The notes beneath the pieces were generated by a model. That model searched no databases. It saw nothing but the letters and a program-made list of their open reading frames with translations, and was not told where the DNA came from. A program made the translations under genes and the position numbers. Of a stretch of 11,653 nt of DNA, positions 1-7,600 are shown one piece after another; position 1 is the stretch's first letter; each line of letters starts with the position of its first letter. This DNA is from Leptospirales bacterium (GTDB lineage: Bacteria > Spirochaetota > Leptospiria > Turneriellales > JAOUFE01). The DNA lies in contig JBEQLE010000101.1 of assembly GCA_040326155.1 (NCBI GenBank), positions 1 to 11,653 on the forward strand, in the 5' to 3' direction.

Positions 1-720
1 GGTGACGGTTGGCTGGGTATCGGCTGGTCTTTAGGGTTAGGTTCCATTTCGCGCACTACAAAAAATGGTCAGTTATTCTATGATCACCGCGACACGTTTA
101 CCTGGGGCGGCAAACGACTTGTTAAAGTTTCTGGCGTCGTAGGTTCAGAAAACGGCGAGTATCGTCCGGAAATAGAAAACGGTTCTTTTACACGATTGAC
201 TTTAACCGATGCGGAAAATGGTGGCGTTTGGACGGTAGAAGATTCAAGCGGCAAAAAAACTATTTTCGGAGCGACTCGTGATGAAAGAATTTACCGACCC
301 GATAACGTAACTAAAACCTATACATGGCAATTTTCCAAAACCGTTGATCTAAACGGTAATTCCATGTACGCCATTTACGACACCTCATTGTACGCAACCC
401 ATCATGCATTATACTTAAAAGAAATTCGTTACACCGCGAATGAAAACACCGGCGACCCTGCAAAACTTTTTGTACGGTTTCATTTAAAAGACAGAACAGA
501 TTTTTATGTGTCGAAAGCGCCAGGTTTCATTATGAAGATGGATAAACTTCTCGATAAAATTGAGATGGGGAAAGACGATGGTGGTTTTACCGGTGAGAGC
601 ATTTTATGGGATTACAAAATGGAGTATGTCATTTCAAATGATTCCAACCGTCCGTTATTAACTACTATTGACTCATCTAAGAATACAACAAAACCGGTAT
701 TTCATTACCAGCCGGCAGTA
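1..720 (+). other. SpvB/TcaC-like N-terminal domain (partial, boundaries approximate)
   Basis: G-x-GWLGIGWSL...ISRTT..G...Y...D.F, then WTVEDSSGKKTIFG, W...KTVDLNGN.M...Y and LYLKEIRYT, all motifs typical of SpvB/TcB N-termini. Confidence 0.8.
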
Positions 721-3700
721 CATAATTTTAGCTGGCAAAAAGTAAACAATCAGTTTGCTTCGGACCCTGAAACAAACCCCGACGTTACAAAATATTTTGA
801 AGGCGACGTCGACGGCGACGGCGTTTCGGACATGATATTTTTTAACCCGGAAACAGGGGACTGGAAGGTCGTAGAATCGGACCACACAGGAATTCGTCAT
901 TTTAAAATTTATGGCAATAAATTTGCGGGCTATGACTCCGAAGACGAAATTCAATGGTTTAAAGGAAACGTAACCGGAGACTATGACGGAAACGGAAAAT
1001 CTGACATCGCATTTTACCTGCCAAAGAAAAAAGAGTTCTGGGTAGCCGAAAGCCAGGGCGATCATTTTACTTTTCAAATGTACGGTAAACTCATGATTAC
1101 CGATGTCGATATATTTCGAGCCGAGTGGTTTACCGGCGACTATGACGGCAACGGAATTTCCGACGTTGTATTATATGACGAAAAAACCGGGTACTGGATT
1201 CTCATGAAAAACAACGGTAGTCCGGCAGTTGGCGGAACCGGTTTCGAATTTATTAAGTTCGCTCAGAATTTTCAAAACCTTTACAGAGACGATTACTCTC
1301 CTGCTCTTGCGATGAACTCGAAAAATACCAACGATCTTTCTAAAGATGGAAAATCTCGTGACAAAGTTCATTTTCTTGGTGGAGATTACAACGGAGATGG
1401 AAGATCTGACATCGCTTTTTACGACGCGCGAGACGGTAAATGGTGGGTGGCAGAAAACTATCGCGATGATGCACTTGGTTTCAGGCTCGAATGGAAACTT
1501 TACCAGGTATTTAACGCGCCCGGCAGAGCCCTGTTTTCTCACCAGCGATTTTCCGGCGACTTTAATGGCGATGGTTATTCCGACTTTTTACTTTTTGACA
1601 GAGACAAACTTGAATGGATTTTAGGCGAAGTCAAAGACGACCCATTTGGAAACGCCACAATCGATTTTCGCATCTGGTCGGCCATCCCGGAACAGCGAGA
1701 CATTACGCGTTGGCTGCAAGGTGACTTTAACGGTGACGGTAGAACCGACATCGGTTTTTATTCCAAAACAGATAACAATTTTTGGATAGGCGAGGCGACG
1801 CCAAACGGGTTTCGCTATCGTATTTACAGTAATCTGAGTTTCGGCGGCCCCGACCCTGCAAAAGTTATGGCGGCTCCCGCCCCCGAAGAAGACATTGAAA
1901 TAAAAAAAGCTGAAATATTATTAGCGCAAGCCGGGGTTACGCGCCGCCTTACTTACGAATACGACGCAAACGAAGACAATGACCATGGAGAAATTGTGTT
2001 TACAGGTTGTTTTATCGGTCCTTGTTCAGCGAATCCAGAATTATTGGTATACGACAAGTTTACGAAAAAGTTTTCGATAAAACAAGGTAATGGAAACGTT
2101 GTTCCCACTGGAATAACGTTTGATTATACTAAAAATTCAAACAAGTTTATAACGCCGCAAAAACCATTTGCAAATATTGAATCTGGAACCGATGAAATTA
2201 TTATTTATGAGTTTGATGGCTCATCTCACACTTTTTCCAGAATTCACAAAGGTGGCACCGTTTTAGTAAAAACCGTTTTTGCGACAATCCCCAACACCGG
2301 CGGTAACGTAAACAATTTTGACATACAAAATAGTCTATATTTAATAAACGATTTCGATCGGACCGATGGCGATGGAGCTCCATCGGTATTGGTTCTTGAC
2401 GATCAAGAAACCGGTGCGGGAGACCCCAATGTGGGACACTTGTTTTTATATTCAAATAATGGCGAAAAACAACTTTCGGTAAATGCGACCTTGGCTCCGG
2501 AGTTGCCAAATCTGAAAAGTATTTTTAGAGCGCAGCAAACCGGAAACGACCGTGACGCTCGCCCTTACTTTCAATTTTTTACAGGTGATTTTGACGCAGA
2601 CGCAAATACCGTTGAGATGCTTTTTGTTGATATGCGGCTGGCAGCGCAAAAGTGGTATCTATCTACGTTCAACCTTACCAGCCAAACAGCAACGTTGAAA
2701 CCGTTAGCAGGGAATGTCACTTTCCCTTCGACAGACTCCCAGGTTTCCTATGAAGAATTACGTCGTACGATTAGTTTAGACGGCAACGGCACGGGCATGA
2801 CCACCGACGAACTTATTTATTCTACGGTTGCAAATGGAGTAATTACGTTTCACCGAATTCAAGTGGACTTTCCCAATAGTCAAATAAACCAAAATGATTA
2901 CTCTGTATTACCGCAAGGTTCTAGTTTTCGATGGGAATTCAACCATCAAAATAAACCAATTGTACATACAGAAACCGGACCAAAGTTTATGGCATTTCGC
3001 GCAACCGGATTAACATACGATTTGGAAACCCACGATTTAAACACCGCAAGTTACCCTGTTTTTGAAATACCCCGGCCCGATCTATATACAAAAGTCTACC
3101 CGTTTCAATGGATACAAGGAGACTACAACGGCGACTCCAAAACAGACATTGGTATTTTTCATCTGAAAGAGAGCAAGTGGTATTTTGCCATGACCTCGGG
3201 AACCGTGCCCGACATGATACAAAAAGTGGATAACGGAATCGGGGGTTCTTATAAATTTGAGTACGCCAATTCTTCTGGTTTTGACAATACCGGTGTGGAC
3301 GATATTCCAGATTTAGCAATGAACTACAAAGTTTGTGTTAAACAGACGATTAACGATGGGCTCGGGAAAATTGTATACAATACCTATGAATACCTGGATG
3401 GCTTCGCCTGGACCGCATATATTGATGGTCGTAAAGAAAGTGATATTTTCGGATTTTCATTATTTATAATAAATGACCCGCTCGGTTCTAAAACAATAAA
3501 TACGTATTATACAACGCCGTACAATAATTTTTTATTAAACCGGGCGCTTAACGGGGCTTTGAAAGAAACGCGTTTTATTGGTTTTGACTCGAAAGAATAT
3601 TCAAAATCGCAAACTGATTATCTGGTACATGAAATTCAGCCTGCTCCGGGAGTTACAAGTTACCTGGTTTATCCTTCGCATAAAAGAAAATACATTCGTG

Positions 3701-6700
3701 GAACGCTGACCAACACCAACGCTAAAAATATTCAGTTTTCACTTTCGGAATATCGATTAGTTCAATCTACCGAAAATTCAACCGACCATTACATGGACGC
3801 AGCTCATTCGGCATCTACCGTAACATCGATTTCTAAATTTGAATATATGTCGGCAACCAATCATCAAAGACCGGTCTCTCTGGTTAAGAATGCTGGTACT
3901 GCTTTTGAATTGACGGTTTTCCTGACGTATGACAATTTTGGTCTGCCTGTACAAGAAAAAACAAGTTATACCGGAACAGGATTGCCTTCGGTTAGCGACA
4001 AACTTGTGCGTATGGAGTACGATGCATATGGGAACTTGACGGCTCGAGAAATCGTAAGCCAAAATCCAGCCGTTCGAACTGAGACTCGGTATGATATTAC
4101 CTATCATCTATTTCCGGTTGTCAACCGGCAGTTCACAGGGTCCATGAATCTAGAAGACACAACCTTATATAGTTTTTCCGGACCAGAATTCGGACTTCCG
4201 ATACAGGTTACCAATGCGAATGGAAACTCAAAATATTTTGAGTATGATTCTTACGGTAGAGTTATTCGTATTAAAACCGATACGGATGCCGGGGTACAAA
4301 CTTTGTCGGAATACATATACTCTTTACCTGCTGCATTTTTCGGTGCCGGCGAATTTCCATTGAGCGCAAAAACAATTCACTATACCGGAACTCCGACAAA
4401 AATTCAAAGCCGGATATGGAAAGACGGGTTTGGACGTCATGTGCAGAGTGTGCAAAGCGCACTTGGTGGAGTGCCGGGTAAGCAGTTTATAAAAACCGGC
4501 CTTACCATTTATGATGCTCTCGGACGGGTGAGTAGCCAAAGCCAGACACACTGGGCAGCCGACAACGAAATTGATACGTATGTTCCCAACGTCAGCGAAA
4601 AAAACGCCACCCTCACCGAATATGACGCTTCGGGGCGGGTAAAAAAAATAACAAGTCCGTCAGCGTACGCAGGTGAGCCGGAGTTCTCAGTTACCTCAAC
4701 CTACAACGATCCATATGTTATGACCGCGACTCAGTCAGATGGCCGATCAAAAAGCAAAACTAAAAATGGGCGCGGACATGTTTTATATGTAAAGGAATTC
4801 AACACTAATGACCCGTCATTATCAACAGAAATGGGTTTTTGTTATGATGGAGTAAATAGTGGTTCGGTGTATCGCCAGGATATAAATGGGGCAAGTATAA
4901 ACTGTCCGGCCGAGTTTACCATACAAATTGTACCGACCGCAAAAGACGCATCGGGAAACAATGCAAGTTACGCGTTATACGACGCCTGGGGTAAAATTCG
5001 TGAAGTAAACGATCCGGATTTTGGTAAGTTTATTACGGAATATGATGCTTTAGGTAGAGCTATTTTTACACAAGATGCAAAAGGGAAAATTACGAGAATG
5101 CAGTACGATAATATCGGACGTATTACGAAAAAAACGCTACCAAATGGTGATAAAGTTACCTATAAATATGACTCTCTGGCGGGTTCTGCAAACGCGAAAG
5201 GACAACTTGTTGAAATGGTTGACCCTGCACAACGCAAGACATTTAGCTACGATCGTCAAGGTTATCGTAAAAAAGAGACAAGGCAACTCGTCACTGTCTC
5301 AAACGGGCAAACTGGATATGACGCCGCTATTGCCACAAAATATTTTTATGATCTGGCAGGTCGAACGGAAAAAATTGTTTACCCGAAAGACAGTTCCACA
5401 AACCAGCAAGCTACTATTTGTTATGGCTATAATGGTTTCGGGTTTGCCACCAACGTTGATGTGAGTTTTTCAGCAGATTGCAACGACATCGGAAAATCAA
5501 TTATTACAAACATGGATTACGACGAGTTCGGGGCGGTCATAAAAGTTGACATGGGCAACGGTGTTTCCACGAGTTATACATACGACATGCGAGGAAGGGC
5601 AACGCGAATGACGACTACTGCCAATGTAAATGGGAAAAATGTTAAACACCAGGATATGCGATATTCATATAATGCGAATAACTCAATTGCAAATGTGGTA
5701 AATAATCCAACTGCGGAAGATGCAAACGGTGTGGTCGCACCTGCGTTTGAATCGCGTTACGAGTATACCTATGACGGATTAAACCGTCTGGTGGAAGCCA
5801 AAGGAAGCTATGGTCAAAACGGCTTTGTTGCCACAGACCCATTAGATCCGGCGAACAAAAAATACAACCGTACTTATGCATATGCGAAAAACGGGAACCT
5901 TACCCAGAAGAATATTTTAGATCCCGAAACACAAAGTATAACTGATGGTTGGAATTATGCCTATGAAAATCACCGGGTAACTTCGATTATTTCAACGGCG
6001 CAGAGCGGACAACAATTCAGTTTTAATTATGATGCGAACGGAAATACGACCACGAAAGTAGATGCGAAAAAAAACCTTACTAAGAGCATGGTCTACGACC
6101 ATGCCAATCGAATTACAAAAGTCAAAGACCAGACCGGAAAAGTACGCGGTGAGTATAAATACGACGACCAGGGCGTGCGAGTACGAAAAGTCGTTGAAAA
6201 AGATATTCAAGGTCAAAATCGACGCATCGTGATGTCTACGCACAACAAATACTTCGTGACCGAAAAACTGCAAACACCCGACGGCTGGGATGTTCCCGGA
6301 ACTGATGTAGCCATTAACAATATTTACCTGAATGGTGTGCGCATTGCTTCGATGGATTCCAACGGAAAAGCTGCGTACTACCTGGGTAACCACGTCGACT
6401 CCGTAAAAGCAGTCGTGGATGACAACGGAGCAACGCTCAGCCGGACTGAATATCTGCCTTATGGCGAAACATTTCAGCAAGAAGGCGATATCAAGTTTAC
6501 GCCAAAATATAATGGGCAGGCATTAGATGAAGAGAGTGATTTGTACTTTTATAATGCGCGTCACTACGACCCTGAGATTGCAAGGTTTGTAACGGCGGAC
6601 AGCGTAACGGACGGACCGGGAACGATTAAAGGTTGGAACCGGTACATGTATGTGGGCGGGAACCCGATTATGTATAAGGACCCAAGCGGACATGCCGGAG

Positions 6701-7446
6701 CCCATTTACATGGTTTAATTGATATGGAATCGGGAAACGTTTTAAAAGGAATTGAAAATACCGCTTTCGATGTAGGCGCAGCATTGGATCTCTGGTACGA
6801 TGCAAATGACCATGTCGATGGAATGAGTGGTAAAAAACTGTTAGATCGTGTAAATGAAGCATGGCTTAATACCGTAACTGCCAATGCTTATTCTGAAGCC
6901 GAAGTATCAAATCGTCATGCGGTTCAAGATTTCTATTTTCATTCTAATTATGTACACCTGGTTAAAAAATACAAAAATGTGCTAGGGATAAAAGGAGAAG
7001 TAACCGGGGATAATATTCCATTAGTAACCGATGTTATCACTTTAAGGCATAAAAATAAAAACTATAATGAATTTTATAAAATAATGGAAAAGGAATTGAT
7101 TTCGGGGAAGTTTAACGAACGTCAAGCGAAACAATTGAAAGATGCGATAATACACGGGAAAAAAATAGATAAAGAACAACTTTTAGAAGAGGGTGAACTT
7201 TTCGAAGATGAGCACAATTATCTTAATGTAGATATGCCGAATTCAATATCGTATTGGCAAGGATACGAAAATAATTTCGAAACGGCCAAAACACTGGCAG
7301 TACGAGAAACAAAAGGAATCTTTAATATGAGAAAAAGCGCCGGAAAACAAAATTCAATTATACCTAAGAAAGGTATATTGGATTCCATTAAGGGTTATTT
7401 CAATAATTTGTTCGGACCAAAAGATCCTTTTCCATTATCCTTTTGA
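1..7446 (+). CDS. Giant SpvB/TcaC + FG-GAP + RHS/YD-repeat toxin (TcB-TcC fusion-like), 5'-partial
   Basis: Frame 1 has no stop from base 1, reading GDGWLGIGWSLGLGSISRTTKNGQLFYDHRDTFTWGGKRLV, a typical SpvB motif, so the TTG at 196 is not the real start. It has seven GDxD/NGD/N repeats, a TcdB-midN-like segment (PDMIQKVDNGIGGSYKFEY...DIFGF), many YD repeats (YDAYGN, YDSYGR, YDALGR, YDNIGR) and an RHS core ending NPIMYKDPSG. Stop TGA at 7444-7446. Confidence 0.93.
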   Translation, partial: GDGWLGIGWSLGLGSISRTTKNGQLFYDHRDTFTWGGKRLVKVSGVVGSENGEYRPEIENGSFTRLTLTDAENGGVWTVEDSSGKKTIFGATRDERIYRPDNVTKTYTWQFSKTVDLNGNSMYAIYDTSLYATHHALYLKEIRYTANENTGDPAKLFVRFHLKDRTDFYVSKAPGFIMKMDKLLDKIEMGKDDGGFTGESILWDYKMEYVISNDSNRPLLTTIDSSKNTTKPVFHYQPAVHNFSWQKVNNQFASDPETNPDVTKYFEGDVDGDGVSDMIFFNPETGDWKVVESDHTGIRHFKIYGNKFAGYDSEDEIQWFKGNVTGDYDGNGKSDIAFYLPKKKEFWVAESQGDHFTFQMYGKLMITDVDIFRAEWFTGDYDGNGISDVVLYDEKTGYWILMKNNGSPAVGGTGFEFIKFAQNFQNLYRDDYSPALAMNSKNTNDLSKDGKSRDKVHFLGGDYNGDGRSDIAFYDARDGKWWVAENYRDDALGFRLEWKLYQVFNAPGRALFSHQRFSGDFNGDGYSDFLLFDRDKLEWILGEVKDDPFGNATIDFRIWSAIPEQRDITRWLQGDFNGDGRTDIGFYSKTDNNFWIGEATPNGFRYRIYSNLSFGGPDPAKVMAAPAPEEDIEIKKAEILLAQAGVTRRLTYEYDANEDNDHGEIVFTGCFIGPCSANPELLVYDKFTKKFSIKQGNGNVVPTGITFDYTKNSNKFITPQKPFANIESGTDEIIIYEFDGSSHTFSRIHKGGTVLVKTVFATIPNTGGNVNNFDIQNSLYLINDFDRTDGDGAPSVLVLDDQETGAGDPNVGHLFLYSNNGEKQLSVNATLAPELPNLKSIFRAQQTGNDRDARPYFQFFTGDFDADANTVEMLFVDMRLAAQKWYLSTFNLTSQTATLKPLAGNVTFPSTDSQVSYEELRRTISLDGNGTGMTTDELIYSTVANGVITFHRIQVDFPNSQINQNDYSVLPQGSSFRWEFNHQNKPIVHTETGPKFMAFRATGLTYDLETHDLNTASYPVFEIPRPDLYTKVYPFQWIQGDYNGDSKTDIGIFHLKESKWYFAMTSGTVPDMIQKVDNGIGGSYKFEYANSSGFDNTGVDDIPDLAMNYKVCVKQTINDGLGKIVYNTYEYLDGFAWTAYIDGRKESDIFGFSLFIINDPLGSKTINTYYTTPYNNFLLNRALNGALKETRFIGFDSKEYSKSQTDYLVHEIQPAPGVTSYLVYPSHKRKYIRGTLTNTNAKNIQFSLSEYRLVQSTENSTDHYMDAAHSASTVTSISKFEYMSATNHQRPVSLVKNAGTAFELTVFLTYDNFGLPVQEKTSYTGTGLPSVSDKLVRMEYDAYGNLTAREIVSQNPAVRTETRYDITYHLFPVVNRQFTGSMNLEDTTLYSFSGPEFGLPIQVTNANGNSKYFEYDSYGRVIRIKTDTDAGVQTLSEYIYSLPAAFFGAGEFPLSAKTIHYTGTPTKIQSRIWKDGFGRHVQSVQSALGGVPGKQFIKTGLTIYDALGRVSSQSQTHWAADNEIDTYVPNVSEKNATLTEYDASGRVKKITSPSAYAGEPEFSVTSTYNDPYVMTATQSDGRSKSKTKNGRGHVLYVKEFNTNDPSLSTEMGFCYDGVNSGSVYRQDINGASINCPAEFTIQIVPTAKDASGNNASYALYDAWGKIREVNDPDFGKFITEYDALGRAIFTQDAKGKITRMQYDNIGRITKKTLPNGDKVTYKYDSLAGSANAKGQLVEMVDPAQRKTFSYDRQGYRKKETRQLVTVSNGQTGYDAAIATKYFYDLAGRTEKIVYPKDSSTNQQATICYGYNGFGFATNVDVSFSADCNDIGKSIITNMDYDEFGAVIKVDMGNGVSTSYTYDMRGRATRMTTTANVNGKNVKHQDMRYSYNANNSIANVVNNPTAEDANGVVAPAFESRYEYTYDGLNRLVEAKGSYGQNGFVATDPLDPANKKYNRTYAYAKNGNLTQKNILDPETQSITDGWNYAYENHRVTSIISTAQSGQQFSFNYDANGNTTTKVDAKKNLTKSMVYDHANRITKVKDQTGKVRGEYKYDDQGVRVRKVVEKDIQGQNRRIVMSTHNKYFVTEKLQTPDGWDVPGTDVAINNIYLNGVRIASMDSNGKAAYYLGNHVDSVKAVVDDNGATLSRTEYLPYGETFQQEGDIKFTPKYNGQALDEESDLYFYNARHYDPEIARFVTADSVTDGPGTIKGWNRYMYVGGNPIMYKDPSGHAGAHLHGLIDMESGNVLKGIENTAFDVGAALDLWYDANDHVDGMSGKKLLDRVNEAWLNTVTANAYSEAEVSNRHAVQDFYFHSNYVHLVKKYKNVLGIKGEVTGDNIPLVTDVITLRHKNKNYNEFYKIMEKELISGKFNERQAKQLKDAIIHGKKIDKEQLLEEGELFEDEHNYLNVDMPNSISYWQGYENNFETAKTLAVRETKGIFNMRKSAGKQNSIIPKKGILDSIKGYFNNLFGPKDPFPLSF
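793..3186 (+). repeat. FG-GAP/VCBS-like beta-propeller repeats within the toxin gene
   Basis: Canonical GD(F/Y/V)(D/N)G(D/N)xxxD(I/V/M/F) repeats followed by a Trp start at 802, 976, 1135, 1381, 1555, 1720 and 3118. Degenerate copies lie near 2005, 2347 and 2584. Confidence 0.85.
5803..6693 (+). repeat. RHS core region, copy A (homologous to 7601-8491)
   Basis: GSYGQ at 5803 aligns to 7601 and the His after DPSG at 6691 aligns to 8489, a constant 1798-nt offset with no net indel. About 44 aa differences in 297 codons by manual count, plus many synonymous changes. Confidence 0.95.
6691..7446 (+). other. C-terminal cargo 1 (~251 aa), Het-C/VWA7-N-like putative Zn-dependent hydrolase
   Basis: Begins right after DPSG. 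Contains HVD (6811-6819), HAVQDFYFHSNY (6916-6951, matching the Het-C/VWA7 HxxQDFYxHSN motif) and HNYLNVD (7213-7233), followed by the helix AKTLAVRET. Confidence 0.72.
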
Positions 7447-7449
7447 ACA

Positions 7450-7472
7450 ATGCAATTATGCCAATTGCATAA
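7450..7472. other. Overlapping inverted repeats directly after the toxin stop codon
   Basis: ATGCAATT-atgcc-AATTGCAT (7450-7470) overlaps TTATGC-caatt-GCATAA (7456-7472). Function unknown. Confidence 0.4.
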
Positions 7473-7500
7473 CCCTGTCATTCCATTCGGATAAAGAGCC

Positions 7501-7537
7501 CGAAAAACAGCGTGGAGGTTAAAACCTGCTTACCCTC
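7501..7537. repeat. Imperfect direct repeat copy 1 with dyad symmetry
   Basis: cgaaaaacagcgtggaggttaaaacctgcttaccctc matches 9371-9407 at 29/37 positions without gaps. It contains GGAGGTTAA-N7-TTACCCTCC (8/9 inverted match). Confidence 0.75.
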
Positions 7538-7600
7538 CTACCAATAGTTTTCGATAGTTGATTCAAATTGGAATTTTCCCTTTAAAGTGTAGACGGGGCA

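Noticed and set aside
196..198. TTG start given by the ORF track for the large gene
   Set aside because: The frame is open and SpvB-like from base 1, so the gene starts upstream of the window.
673..6884. Short alternative-frame and minus-strand ORFs inside the toxin gene
   Set aside because: They lie wholly within a motif-rich long CDS and show no recognisable motifs; shadow ORFs.
7450..7494. 14-aa ORF MQLCQLHNPVIPFG as possible immunity gene
   Set aside because: Too short and has no SD.
7467..7525. Integron attC-like site (GCATAAC...GTTAAAA)
   Set aside because: Neither box fits RYYYAAC/GTTRRRY exactly and the intervening sequence is not self-complementary.
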